This document shows, piece by piece, positions 19,840 to 30,597 of a stretch of 53,695 nucleotides of DNA. Every line of letters starts with the position of its first letter. Position 1 is the first letter of the stretch. The DNA lies in assembly GCA_963674595.2 (NCBI GenBank), contig CAXXFV010000035.1, positions 1-53,695 of the forward strand, given 5' to 3'. Position numbers and translations under genes: made by a program. The notes below the pieces were generated by a model, which worked only from the letters and a program-made list of their open reading frames with translations, was not told the DNA's origin and made no database searches. The stretch comes from a bacterium (GTDB lineage Bacteria; Zhuqueibacterota; Zhuqueibacteria; Residuimicrobiales; Krinioviventaceae).

Positions 19840-20802
19840 ATGACAACTGCCTTAAAAAAATTAAACATGGGTTTTATGATTTTGTTCCTGCTGTACTGTC
19901 AGGCTCCCAGGAACAATCCGCTTGATCCTGAAAATTCGGATTATAGCCTTTCCGTATTAAACGGACGTGTTATGACCATGAACGTCCCGCCCCAACCCAT
20001 TGCCGGCTCACAGGTAATATGGCAAAACAAACAAATGTGCTATACCGACCCAAATGGGTATTTTGCATTTAATGACATCCTGCCTGAATCCGGGTATCTT
20101 TATTTTCATCACTCCAATTATATTTCTGACTCTTTATATATAAGCCTAAACAATAACACATTTAAAAATACCGAAAAATTTTTATACTCAAAACCTCATT
20201 TAGACAGCCTGTACTTTTTCAGCGATGTTTTAAACAAATATCCATCCGACAAAGAATATCAAATAAACATTAAATGCAATATATCCGACGCAGATAATAA
20301 TATTGATTCCGTATTTATTCAATACACGGATAAAAATATTAAAAAATCTTTAAAATATAACATTAATTCGGAACAATGGGAAGGGCTGTACTGGGCAAGT
20401 GATTTTAATATACAATCGATTCGGGAAATTGTCGGCAAAAATTTTAACCTTGTGGTTAAAAAACTGGATTTTAAACTGCAAATTGGACAAGCGCAGATAA
20501 AGCGAGTTATTTTAGACGAAATCGATTTTATTTCCCCGGCCAATTCTGAAACAGTAAACTCTACCCCGCAATTTAACTGGAAAAAATTCAATCCCGGTTT
20601 TTCTTTTACATACCAGTTTGAAATATATACCAACGAAATATTTTATAAAAAAATCTGGACAAAATCAAATATATCATCAGACAGCACAACATGCACACTG
20701 ACCCAGCCATTAAACAAGGGCAATTATTTTTGGGTCATCTGGTGTGTTGACGAACATAATAACAGAGCCAGATCAAAACCGGCTTCTTTCACTGTTCAAT
20801 AA
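19840..20802 (+). CDS. Lipoprotein with carboxypeptidase-regulatory-like and Fn3-like beta-sandwich domains
   Basis: Lipobox LLYC, 'NNPLDP', 'GRVM...PIAGSQV...TDPNGYFAF', C-terminal 'GNYFWVIWCVD...SFTVQ'. Confidence 0.7.
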   Translation: MTTALKKLNMGFMILFLLYCQAPRNNPLDPENSDYSLSVLNGRVMTMNVPPQPIAGSQVIWQNKQMCYTDPNGYFAFNDILPESGYLYFHHSNYISDSLYISLNNNTFKNTEKFLYSKPHLDSLYFFSDVLNKYPSDKEYQINIKCNISDADNNIDSVFIQYTDKNIKKSLKYNINSEQWEGLYWASDFNIQSIREIVGKNFNLVVKKLDFKLQIGQAQIKRVILDEIDFISPANSETVNSTPQFNWKKFNPGFSFTYQFEIYTNEIFYKKIWTKSNISSDSTTCTLTQPLNKGNYFWVIWCVDEHNNRARSKPASFTVQ

Positions 20803-20807
20803 GGCCT

Positions 20808-22283
20808 ATGGAAAACACTTTTGATATAAACGACCTGGCGGACGTCAGCCAGGACCAGTTCGACACACTTTACAAAATCAGTCAGCTTTTGAATTTTGCA
20901 GAGTTTCAGGACACCCTTGTTTCCGATGCACTGGATATGGCTATTCAGGTTTTGGGCGCCGAAAGAGGTTTGTTTGCCAAAATTTCAAATGATAAAACAT
21001 ATTCCATAATAGCAGCACGCAACCTTGATCAGCAGGACATTACCAACGTGTCCGAGTTCTCTTCCAATATTTTGCACAAAGTTGTGGAGTTAAAAGAACC
21101 TGTTTTATATCACGATGTTCAGGCTGACCCGGACATTTCTCAATTTAAAAGTTTAAATTTACACAATATTAATTCCATCATCGGCGTACCCATTTTTTCA
21201 GAGAAAAAGTTATGGGGCGTTATTCTGGTGGACAGTTCTAAAAACAGACGTTATTTTAATGATTCGAGTTTAAAATTCCTGCGATTCTTTTCCAATATCG
21301 TTTCACTTGCTTTGGATAAAATCATTCGTTTTGAAGCGTTGCAGGATGAAAACCAATTATTACGCAACAAAGTTAAAGCCATGCCGCCGCTTCCTGACAT
21401 GGCGGGCCATAGCCCTGCCATGCAAAAAGTGTTTGAACTGATCCATCGTGTTTCTCAAACCGATGCAACGGTTCTGCTTTTGGGAGAAAGCGGTACCGGT
21501 AAGGAACTGGCAGCACATGCCATTCACAAAACAAGTGCACGAAAAAACAATCCGTTTGTTGCCCAGTTTTGCGGTTCCATACCGGACACATTGCTGGAAA
21601 GTGAACTGTTTGGATTTAAAAAAGGTGCTTTTTCCGGCGCCACCACAGATAAAAAAGGACTTTTTGAAGTGGCTTCGGGAGGAACTTTTTTCCTGGATGA
21701 AATCGGTGACATTTCAATGAGCACGCAGACAAAACTGTTGCGTGTTTTGCAAAACAAAGAGATTATCCGTATCGGTGAAACCCAAATTCGTAAAATAGAC
21801 ACGCGAATTATTGCCGCCACCAATCAGAACCTGCAAAGTATGATTTCAAAGGGCACTTTTCGTGAAGATTTGTATTACAGACTCAATGTTTTTCCAATTG
21901 TTCTTCCTCCTTTGCGGGAAAGAAGAACAGATATCGGCCTTTTGGCCCAGCATTTTATTAAAAAATATTCAACTAAAGATATCAACATTCATCCTACTGC
22001 CATGCGGATTTTGGAAACAGCGGTGTGGCCGGGTAATATTCGTCAATTGGAAAATGTCATACAGCGGGCCATCATTCTTTGTGATGCCAACACACTTTTA
22101 CCGGAACATCTTTCGCTGGAAGACAAACAAAACGATAATTTTCACGGATCATTAAAAGATCTTGAAGTGCAATTGTTAAAAAAACGACTCGATGAATTTG
22201 ACGGAAACCGCACACGTGCGGCAGAATCTTTGGGCGTTTCCGTACGTTGGGTACAAATGAAATTAAAAGAAATTGAAAAATAG
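20808..22283 (+). CDS. GAF-domain sigma54-dependent transcriptional activator (GAF-AAA+-Fis HTH)
   Basis: N-terminal GAF ('SIIGVPIF...WGVILVDS'), Walker A GESGTGKE, ESELFG, GAFSGA, Walker B FFLDEIG, FREDLYYRLNV, WPGNIRQLEN, and HTH 'GNRTRAAESLGVS'. Confidence 0.95.
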   Translation: MENTFDINDLADVSQDQFDTLYKISQLLNFAEFQDTLVSDALDMAIQVLGAERGLFAKISNDKTYSIIAARNLDQQDITNVSEFSSNILHKVVELKEPVLYHDVQADPDISQFKSLNLHNINSIIGVPIFSEKKLWGVILVDSSKNRRYFNDSSLKFLRFFSNIVSLALDKIIRFEALQDENQLLRNKVKAMPPLPDMAGHSPAMQKVFELIHRVSQTDATVLLLGESGTGKELAAHAIHKTSARKNNPFVAQFCGSIPDTLLESELFGFKKGAFSGATTDKKGLFEVASGGTFFLDEIGDISMSTQTKLLRVLQNKEIIRIGETQIRKIDTRIIAATNQNLQSMISKGTFREDLYYRLNVFPIVLPPLRERRTDIGLLAQHFIKKYSTKDINIHPTAMRILETAVWPGNIRQLENVIQRAIILCDANTLLPEHLSLEDKQNDNFHGSLKDLEVQLLKKRLDEFDGNRTRAAESLGVSVRWVQMKLKEIEK

Positions 22284-22284
22284 T

Positions 22285-23829
22285 ATGCCGGAAAACAAAT
22301 CAAAAATTCTTTTTGAAAAATTCCACATCGACAGATGTCTGAAAAAAGACGATTATACCGGTGTATATCTGGCGAACCATATCTATCTTGAAAAAAATAT
22401 TCTTTTAAAAACATTGGATACCCATGCCATTCCTGACAAACTTGTGGTAAAACGGTTTCAACGGGAAGCCCAGTTATTGGCAAAGCTGAAACATCCGAAT
22501 ATTATTCAGGTCCTGGATTTCGGTACCTATCAAAACTATTTTTATATATCTTTTGAATTTTTCCCAAGTGAGAACCTGAGAATTTTTAAAAATCACCATA
22601 ATACCCTTTCGGAACAAAAAATCAGAACAATCCTTGTTCAACTGATAAAAGCGCTGGCACATGCACATCAGCAGGGTATTATTCATCGAGATCTCAAGCC
22701 GGAAAATATTCTGATCAACTCAAATCTTGACGTAAAAATTGCCGATTTCGGGCTGGCAATCAATAAAAATGAACCCGCCAAAACCGAAAAAAACTCTATT
22801 GTCGGCACCCCGGGTTACATGTCACCGGAACAAATTTGCGGTGAAACGCTGACTCCGCAAAGCGATCTTTTTTCTCTGGGTATAATTGCCTGTGAAATGT
22901 TTATCGATAAAAATCCTTTTATCGGCGCAGATATTAACACAACGATCAATAATATTTTGTCACTGTCCATTTCAGCCCAGGAACTGAGTGCTGTACCTGA
23001 ACCTTTTTGCCGGATCATCCCTAAATTATTACAGCACAACAAAAACAAACGTTATCAAACTGCTTTTGAGGTGCTTTCGGAACTGGGAATCCGTCCATCC
23101 GAATCGCCGAAAAAACCAAATTATAAAATTTTTATTTATTCTGCAGCAGGAATTCTTATTCTGTTCATTTTTTTTCTTACATATTCCAGACAAACTATAC
23201 CGCAAAAAACTGTATTACCTGTTATCAAAGAATTCGGTAATTCGGCGGATTCAATTAAAATTGATTCAACAAAACAACCGAAAAAAACATTAAAAACACT
23301 GGCTGTAAAAGACACTCTACAAACATTTATAGCAAAAACACCCTACCAACCTGTAAATGAGCTAAAGGATAAAAGTCCGGGAAAACTTTTTGTGCGCTGT
23401 TTACCCTGGGCAGACATATACCTTGATTCCAAACATATTGACACAACACCGCTGGAAGATTCAATTCGTGTGGAGCAAGGCACTCACACACTTGAACTGA
23501 TTCACCCGGAATTTCCGCCATTTTATAAAGAAATAGAAATAAAACCACAGCAAACAACACTTGTTCAGGTTGCACTGGATACACTTTTTGGTTATATAGA
23601 TTGTAAAGTTTATCCCTGGGGAGAAGTTTATATCGACGATAAATTTTACGGCCAAACACCATTTTCAAACGCGTTATGTCTTGTTCCCGGCACATATAAA
23701 ATGACAATTAAAAACCCAAATTATTCACATTTCCAGGAATATATAAAAATACAAAAAAAAGATACCTTGAAATATCGTTTTAATTTTGAAAAAACCGATC
23801 AACATACAACTATGAAAGCACAAAATTGA
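22285..23829 (+). CDS. Membrane Ser/Thr protein kinase with extracytoplasmic PEGA-like repeats
   Basis: HRDLKPEN, KIADFG, GTPGYMSPE, SDLFSLG. TM helix 'IFIYSAAGILILFIFFLTY'. Two 'PW(A/G)xxY(L/I)D...TP' PEGA-like units. Confidence 0.92.
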   Translation: MPENKSKILFEKFHIDRCLKKDDYTGVYLANHIYLEKNILLKTLDTHAIPDKLVVKRFQREAQLLAKLKHPNIIQVLDFGTYQNYFYISFEFFPSENLRIFKNHHNTLSEQKIRTILVQLIKALAHAHQQGIIHRDLKPENILINSNLDVKIADFGLAINKNEPAKTEKNSIVGTPGYMSPEQICGETLTPQSDLFSLGIIACEMFIDKNPFIGADINTTINNILSLSISAQELSAVPEPFCRIIPKLLQHNKNKRYQTAFEVLSELGIRPSESPKKPNYKIFIYSAAGILILFIFFLTYSRQTIPQKTVLPVIKEFGNSADSIKIDSTKQPKKTLKTLAVKDTLQTFIAKTPYQPVNELKDKSPGKLFVRCLPWADIYLDSKHIDTTPLEDSIRVEQGTHTLELIHPEFPPFYKEIEIKPQQTTLVQVALDTLFGYIDCKVYPWGEVYIDDKFYGQTPFSNALCLVPGTYKMTIKNPNYSHFQEYIKIQKKDTLKYRFNFEKTDQHTTMKAQN

Positions 23830-23835
23830 ATTCAG

Positions 23836-23851
23836 CGGTATGATATTTGCG
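23836..23851 (+). promoter_or_regulatory. Putative sigma54 (-24/-12) promoter for the Kelch-TPR genes
   Basis: CGGTAT-GATAT-TTGCG, with GG 23837-38, N10, GC 23849-50. About 45 nt before ATG 23896. Confidence 0.55.
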
Positions 23852-23895
23852 TTTTGCCTGACAGCAACATCGTACATAAATAAAAAAAGAAAACT

Positions 23896-25185
23896 ATGAT
23901 GCGAAAAACCTACATAATAATTAGCTGCATTTTAAATCTGATGGTGTTTTCCAACCTGAAAGCTATTGATAACGACTTTCATCCCTGGCAAATCATCGGA
24001 GAAATGCCTGTTCCCGTATCCGGTGGGGAAGCCGTTGTATATAATGACAAAATTTATATCATCGGCGGCTATTCCGAACAGATGGATTCTGTTGTCAGCA
24101 CAATCCAAGAGTTTGATCCTAAAACAATGACATGGCAGCAGCCGGCTATTTTAAATACGAAACGACACAACTTTATTACGGGTATCCATCAAAATAAAAT
24201 CATAGCAGCCGGCGGCATTCGTAAAGATTCCACGCGAATGGATTTTCTGGAAGTATGGAATTTTACTAATGGTCCTAAATTCTCAGATGAAAACACTTGT
24301 TTCAATCGACTCTATGTTACAGGCTCAATTTATAATGACTGGCTCTGCCTGATAGGCGGTCAGTCTGCCCGGGAAATACCTGATAATAATTTAAATTATA
24401 TTTCCATTTACGATCTTGGTCAACATCAAATTATTTATGAGGATACGACTTATAAAAACCAGCTTCCCTATCAACAAATGAGCATTTTATATGAGGATAA
24501 CATATATATTTTTGGCGGTGTTTATCTCGGTATTTCAAAAAACATTTATAAATTTGACTTGAACAGCTTCGACCTGGTTGAAGTTTATCCTACCCTTAAA
24601 ATTCCCAGGGCAGGTGGAAAAGCAGTTTACGATGATTATAACAAAACCGTATTCATCATTGGAGGATATAACGAATCCCAACAGGTTATCTCATCAGTCG
24701 AAACCTTTAAAATTCTTCCCTATGAATTTAGATCAGACGAAACATATCCACTAAATTACGCCAGAAAAGAATGTATGGCTGTTACTTTTAACGATTCTGT
24801 CTGGGTTTTTGGCGGCCTTGATGCGGATAATCACGTTGTAAAGCAAATTGAAGTAATGGATTTCAAATCGGTAACAATTGTTCATGATAATAATACGGCC
24901 TTGCAAAAGAATTTCAAACTATATCACAACTATCCCAATCCGTTCAACAGTTCAACACGTATATCATTTGAACTTGAACAAACTGACGATGTAAAAATGG
25001 AAATATTTAATATAAATGGTCAGCCCATCAAAACAATTCTGCACAAAACATTAACACCTGGCTTTTATGAAGTTAACTGGGATGGCACTGATTTAAACGG
25101 TAATCCTGTTAGCAGCGATATTTATATATGCCGGTTGAAAACAACCCAAAATCAAAAAACCATTAAACTGCTGTTACTCAAATGA
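23896..25185 (+). CDS. Secreted Kelch-repeat protein with T9SS-A/FlgD-like CTD
   Basis: Signal peptide, repeated 'IYIIGG / IYIFGG / VFIIGG / VWVFGG' units, and CTD 'NYPNPFNSSTRI...WDGTDLNGNPVSS'. Confidence 0.9.
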   Translation: MMRKTYIIISCILNLMVFSNLKAIDNDFHPWQIIGEMPVPVSGGEAVVYNDKIYIIGGYSEQMDSVVSTIQEFDPKTMTWQQPAILNTKRHNFITGIHQNKIIAAGGIRKDSTRMDFLEVWNFTNGPKFSDENTCFNRLYVTGSIYNDWLCLIGGQSAREIPDNNLNYISIYDLGQHQIIYEDTTYKNQLPYQQMSILYEDNIYIFGGVYLGISKNIYKFDLNSFDLVEVYPTLKIPRAGGKAVYDDYNKTVFIIGGYNESQQVISSVETFKILPYEFRSDETYPLNYARKECMAVTFNDSVWVFGGLDADNHVVKQIEVMDFKSVTIVHDNNTALQKNFKLYHNYPNPFNSSTRISFELEQTDDVKMEIFNINGQPIKTILHKTLTPGFYEVNWDGTDLNGNPVSSDIYICRLKTTQNQKTIKLLLLK

Positions 25186-25988
25186 TGCGATTCCTGAAAA
25201 CGACATTACTCTTGTTATTGTGCATTCTCTGCCGTGTTTGGGCAACAGATGCTTTGGATATAGACAAAATTACCGAATTATATAAAAATTTTGACTATGA
25301 ACAAGTCATTAAAGAATCCGAGCACTTTTTAAAAAATGAAAATTTACCTCAGGAAACCCGCCTGGCAATCCTGGAGATGAAGGCGATTTCACATTATTCT
25401 TTATTGCAAATGAACAAAGCTTATAACTGTTTTGTGCAATTATTGAATGAAGATGAAAATTTCGCTTTGGACCCTGTAAAAACATCACCCAAAATCGTTA
25501 GTTTTTTTAATGATATAAAAGATAATTTTGTCAAACAAAAATCCACAATACCGGTTATTAACAATATCATTAAAACCGACACGGTTTTTGTTACACAAAC
25601 AACTTTTCCTACAAAAAGTGTGGTTAAACGGTCTTTGGTGATACCCGGGTGGGGTCATATTTATTGCGGACAAAAAGTAAAGGGGAGTTTATTAACAACT
25701 CTCGGCATTGCATCGGCGGCAACAGCCACATATTTTACAATAACATGCAGAGATAAAGAAAAAGATTATTTAAACGAAACAAATAAAACGGAAATACAGG
25801 AAAAATATGATACTTATAACAATGCTTATAAAATGAGAAACATCAGCATTGCCACTTTTGCTGCGGTTTGGCTTTACAGTCAAATCGATATATTGCATTT
25901 TAATCAAAACAACAATTCTGTCCAAATTTCCGTCGCACCTCTTTTATCTCCCTCCAGCCAGGTATTAAGCTGCCGGTTTTCTTTTTAA
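25182..25988 (+). CDS. Secreted TPR-like protein with a DUF5683-like C-terminal region
   Basis: Signal peptide, helical N-domain, 'RSLVIPGWGHIY' motif, hydrophobic segments, C-terminal FSF. Overlaps the upstream gene (ATGA). Confidence 0.65.
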   Translation: MMRFLKTTLLLLLCILCRVWATDALDIDKITELYKNFDYEQVIKESEHFLKNENLPQETRLAILEMKAISHYSLLQMNKAYNCFVQLLNEDENFALDPVKTSPKIVSFFNDIKDNFVKQKSTIPVINNIIKTDTVFVTQTTFPTKSVVKRSLVIPGWGHIYCGQKVKGSLLTTLGIASAATATYFTITCRDKEKDYLNETNKTEIQEKYDTYNNAYKMRNISIATFAAVWLYSQIDILHFNQNNNSVQISVAPLLSPSSQVLSCRFSF

Positions 25989-25995
25989 ATCTTAC

Positions 25996-26030
25996 CGCGA
26001 AAAATTTGCATAGTTGGACTTTTTTTCGCA
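25996..26030 (+). promoter_or_regulatory. Candidate enhancer (UAS) sites for the sigma54 activator
   Basis: Inverted repeat GCGAAAAA (25997-26004) and TTTTTCGC (26022-26029), within CGCGAAAAATTTGCA and GGACTTTTTTTCGCA. About 140 bp upstream of a sigma54-like promoter, separated by an AT-rich spacer. Confidence 0.4.
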
Positions 26031-26162
26031 TCCGGGGATAAAAAATATTTTTATATAGACATTTTACTTTCAAACCATAATTTATACCACAAAATCAATA
26101 TAAACAAAATTTTAAAATGAAAATCCAGGGAATTTAAGAAATAATTTTTTCTCCAATCTTTA

Positions 26163-26178
26163 TGGCATTCTTTTTGAC
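26163..26178 (+). promoter_or_regulatory. Putative sigma54 promoter for the vWA/VIT operon
   Basis: TGGCAT-TCTTT-TTGAC (GG-N10-GA, a variant -12). About 37 nt before ATG 26215. Confidence 0.5.
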
Positions 26179-26214
26179 TTGAGAGTACTGAAAAATAAAA
26201 CTTCAGGAGGTCTG

Positions 26215-28536
26215 ATGAAAAAGCACGCTTTTCTTTTTACTTTGTTAATCATATCTGTTTTACCTCTCTATTCCATAGAAAAATCAAATTTTGATTTGCA
26301 AGAGGATACTTTTCAACCTGATAACAACCTGCTAAAAACATCTGCAAAAACAGATTTTTACAAAAACGATATTTTGGAAGCAAGTTTAATCACCGGCGGG
26401 TATTTTACTTTGGGTACAAATTCGGGACTGTCTCCTTTACATCATGATGATCAGTGCGATCTTTTGTTCGGGCATCCCTACGCAAAAACTTCGTACCCGA
26501 TTGTTTGTATTGATGGTCAATGGTCAAAACTGTCAGACTGTGAGGTAAACAGTGAGGATTTGATTACAATACAGTCCAATGATTCTTTGTTTATTCAGAC
26601 AAAAATTTCAGACAACATTCAACTTACATTTGGTCTTGTGCCGACTGCCGACAAGACAGCTATTACCGTTTATTTTACAATTAAAAACATCGATGCCATC
26701 AACCACAATATTGGTATGGGACTGGTATTTGATCCTGCCCTGGGCAAATGGGGTGATGGTGTTTTAAAATCAAATTCTTCTTTTTATACAGAAGAATTTG
26801 TCCTGTTCAAACCGGAAATCCCTGATAAACTGACCCTGTTTGAAAAATCACAGGGAGCAAAAGGTATCCAACTTTGCGTTGATTGTGAACAAAATGTTCC
26901 GGACAAAATGATTGTAGCGAACTGGCAAAATATGTTCGAGGATCCGACGCCTGATTTTAGTCCTTCCTATTTAAAAACCCTGTACGATATGGTGATAAAA
27001 CTTGTCTGGCAGGAACAAACCTTTTTCCCTGACGAATCAAAAACCTGGACAGTCCAATTTCGTTTAGAGGAACCTGATTTCAGCGGATCTGCGTTTATCC
27101 GATGTGACATGCCCTCATTTTTGTCTATGGCAAGTCAGGAACTATTCCCCAATGAAATGAACTGTACAAGTGTCATTTATACGGATAACTCTAACAACAC
27201 AAATTTAACCTTAACCTTGCCGGAAATATTTTCAGGAGAAACCACATACGCCATACCCAATTCAGACAAAAACATTATTTATGTATCATCGTCTGTTTCA
27301 TGCCAAACAGTATATGATGACATTATCGTTCCGGTTACATTAAAAATAGAAAAAGACGGAAGCATAGCCGACGAGTATACAAAAAACATATTCGTACCGG
27401 CGACGCCGATTTCAGATGAAGGTTTAATTGTAAATATCGATTCCGTAGCTATTGATGCGGATTATAACACCTCGGTCTTTTTTGATGTAGAAAATGAAGA
27501 AACCGGTTTAAAACTGTTAAACCTTGAAAAAGAAAATGTTTTTTTATATGAAAATAGCTACCGAATACAGGACATCGAACTAACGAAAGACATGACATCA
27601 ACAGCAAACCTGGCCGATGTTGTCTTTGTTTTGGATGTCAGCGGCAGTATGGGTGATGAAATTAATCAGGTAAGAGAAAACATTAATGAATTCAACCAAA
27701 CGTTAACAGACCAGGGATTTGACGTTAAAATAGGTGTGGTAACATTTAGCACAACAATTGACAATGTTATCGACCTGACCGATGATATTGAATATATCAG
27801 GCAAAAACTCGCTCTTATTCAATTGTGGGGCGGCGTTGAGGATTCTCCCCTGGCGATTTATCGGGCTTCGGAATTGTCTTTACGTCCGGGGAGCAAACGG
27901 ACCATCATCTGGATCACCGACGAGCCCTATCCGGAACACAGCTATACAAAACAGCAAATAGTCGACCGAATGCTTTCCATGGGAATTACAGTCCACGGAA
28001 TCGGTTTAACGAGTTTGCAGACTCTATGGTTTAATCCTATTGTGTTGCCGACCGGCGGTAATTTTTATGATATTAACGGTAATTTCCGCGATATTTTACT
28101 GGATGTTTCCCATCATCGATCCGTCACCCGTTATGTTGTTAAATATAATAGTTTATTTCAAAATCTCACAACCCGACAAATTTTGCTTAAAATACACTAT
28201 GCCGGACTGGGAGGATCAGCATCAATCGATTATGTTCCGCCTGAATTTGAAATGCCGAACCATAGCCTGTCTTGTTATCCAAATCCATTCAATCCGAGTA
28301 TTACCATACAAATCAATCAAACCCAACCCAAGCACGGTGACGTGACCATATATAATCTGCTTGGACAACGAATCAACCAGTTCCCTGTTACTAAACAGTC
28401 CTCTGAAATTACCTGGAATGCATCCGACTATAACGGACTGCCGGTCAGTGCCGGATTTTATCTGGTACATTTGCTGCTCTATGACAATGGTGGAAATAAA
28501 CACGTTGAAACCGAAAAAATATTATATCTGAAATAA
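26215..28536 (+). CDS. Secreted vWA-domain protein with T9SS-A/FlgD-like CTD
   Basis: GGAGG then ATG 26215, signal peptide, MIDAS 'FVLDVSGSMG', 'IWITDE', CTD 'CYPNPFNP'. Confidence 0.88.
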   Translation: MKKHAFLFTLLIISVLPLYSIEKSNFDLQEDTFQPDNNLLKTSAKTDFYKNDILEASLITGGYFTLGTNSGLSPLHHDDQCDLLFGHPYAKTSYPIVCIDGQWSKLSDCEVNSEDLITIQSNDSLFIQTKISDNIQLTFGLVPTADKTAITVYFTIKNIDAINHNIGMGLVFDPALGKWGDGVLKSNSSFYTEEFVLFKPEIPDKLTLFEKSQGAKGIQLCVDCEQNVPDKMIVANWQNMFEDPTPDFSPSYLKTLYDMVIKLVWQEQTFFPDESKTWTVQFRLEEPDFSGSAFIRCDMPSFLSMASQELFPNEMNCTSVIYTDNSNNTNLTLTLPEIFSGETTYAIPNSDKNIIYVSSSVSCQTVYDDIIVPVTLKIEKDGSIADEYTKNIFVPATPISDEGLIVNIDSVAIDADYNTSVFFDVENEETGLKLLNLEKENVFLYENSYRIQDIELTKDMTSTANLADVVFVLDVSGSMGDEINQVRENINEFNQTLTDQGFDVKIGVVTFSTTIDNVIDLTDDIEYIRQKLALIQLWGGVEDSPLAIYRASELSLRPGSKRTIIWITDEPYPEHSYTKQQIVDRMLSMGITVHGIGLTSLQTLWFNPIVLPTGGNFYDINGNFRDILLDVSHHRSVTRYVVKYNSLFQNLTTRQILLKIHYAGLGGSASIDYVPPEFEMPNHSLSCYPNPFNPSITIQINQTQPKHGDVTIYNLLGQRINQFPVTKQSSEITWNASDYNGLPVSAGFYLVHLLLYDNGGNKHVETEKILYLK

Positions 28537-28550
28537 TTGCGGGAGGAACA

Positions 28551-30588
28551 ATGAAACGACTAGTTTATATATGGATAACAGTACTCGTTTTTGTGTCGTC
28601 GGGTTACAGCGACGGATTGCTGGTACCGGAAGATGAAGAATATCCAAAAGATTTTCTCAGAAATTGCGTTACAAACGTAACTGTCAACATTCATGGATTA
28701 ATTGCAGAAACCTCAGTTTATCAGGAATTCGAAAATGAATGGACAGAAAAGACAGATGCGGTTTATTCTTTCCCGCTCCCTCCGGATGCCCGAGCAACAA
28801 ACTTTTTATATTGGCGCAATGATACCACTTTTAAGGCAATACTGAAAGTTAAAGAACAAGCCGTGAACCCGGGGACAGGGCAAGGCGGCATTATTGCGCT
28901 GGTTAATGATTATATCGGCAGAAACGGGATTAAAATAAAATTGCTGGGAATTGAGCCCGGGACCATACAAAAAGTACAGTTAAACTATATCAGCCAATGT
29001 AAATACAATCATGGTAAAGTCACTTATCAATTCCCTTTGGAAACCAAAGATTTTGTAACACACCCCATCAATCATTTACAATTTAATATTAGTGTTGAAT
29101 CCAACTCTTCTATTATAGCTTATGATATTCCTTCGCATCAGGGATTCAGCATAGCCAAAGCAGATTCTCATTCACTTGAGCTAAATTTATCACAACCCAA
29201 AGCTTATTTGGACCAGAATTTCATCTTTGAGTATGAAACTGAAAACAAAAAACTGGGCGTTGATTTTTATTCAACAGCCAATAAATCCATGGATGGACAT
29301 TATGTTTTATATGTTCGCCCACCCGACAGCGCCGAACCGGACAGTGTGCTGCCAAGCCGAATAATATTTTTACTGGACACATCTTCCCGAATGTTTGGCA
29401 ATAAACTGGAGAACAGCATTACAGCCGTAAAAAAAGGGCTTGAACTATTAAAACCATCTGATTCTTTTAATATTATTAAATTTAACAGCTATTATTCCAA
29501 CTGGCAAAATTTACCGGTTCCGGCAAACCAGGAAAATATATCAGCCGCATTATCATATCTGAATACAATCGGAACAGGTTCCGGTTCAGATTTACAGTCT
29601 GCTTTAACAGAAGCATTTGCACAGATTCAGGATAATAATTACAATAACGCCATTCTGTTGTTTTCCAACGGATACTCGACAGTCGATCCGAAGACGGTTT
29701 CCGCAGCAAACAATTTCAACATTGGTATTTTTCCCATTGCCATGGAACCTGATATTGACCGTCCGCGACTTGAAATGCTTGCAAATTTGAACTATGGGTA
29801 TGTTACCTATATATCACAAGATGGCAATCTGTTACAAAACATCCAAAACATTATTACCCAGCTATGTTACCCCATATTAAAGGACGTTGTTTTTGAATTC
29901 GGACTTGGTCATGTTTATGGAATTTTACCAAAAACGATTCCTACTACATATGCCGGTTCCTGTTTTTTCATAACAGGCAGATATAAAAATCCGGGGACAT
30001 CGGCCTTTGCTATGGCCGGTAAATCGGTAAATGGAGACTCTTTTTACAATTTTCTTCTTGATTATTCTTTAGAAACAAATACGAATAAATTTGCCGAACA
30101 CATCTGGGCTAAAGAGATGATGGATGTATTGGAACGAGAAATTGAAATTTATGGTGAAACAATATCCAAAAAAGATAGTTTAATAGACTTGAGCCTTAAA
30201 TATAATATTCGCTGCCGATATACAGCTTATATAGCCGATTATAAAAACATTTACACAAACATCGAATATTCAGTGGGACCGGAACCGGCACTTCCGGATT
30301 GTTATATTTTAGGTAATTATCCCAATCCTTTTAATCCAACAACTACAATTGAATTTGTTCTCGGTACAAATACATTAGCAGGAACTGAAAAAATATATTC
30401 ATATTTTCAACTCATTAGGTCAACTGGTCGCTATTATCGACATTAGTCCATTTCGGCCCCGGAGTTCATCGAATTATTTTTAATGGTCGAAACTTGTTTG
30501 GTCAACCGCTTGCCTCAGGAAACGTATTTTGTTGTTTTAACACATGGCAAACAAACCGCAACGTGGAAGATGATGCTAATAAAAATAA
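28551..30588 (+). CDS. Secreted VIT + vWA protein with CTD (3' end broken by probable homopolymer errors)
   Basis: VIT 'AETSVYQEFEN...YSFPLPPDA', vWA 'IIFLLDTSSRM', 'GNYPNPFNP'. After ~30390 the CTD continues in shifting frames (YIHIFNSLGQLV...GVHRIIFNG...QPLASG.YFVVL...KMMLIK) to TAA 30586-30588. Confidence 0.8.
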
Positions 30589-30597
30589 AGGCAACTT

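Noticed and set aside
21620-21645. GAFSGA instead of GAFTGA as a sign of a sigma54-independent activator
   Set aside because: This is a conservative natural variant. All other AAA+ motifs are intact and sigma54-like promoters are adjacent.
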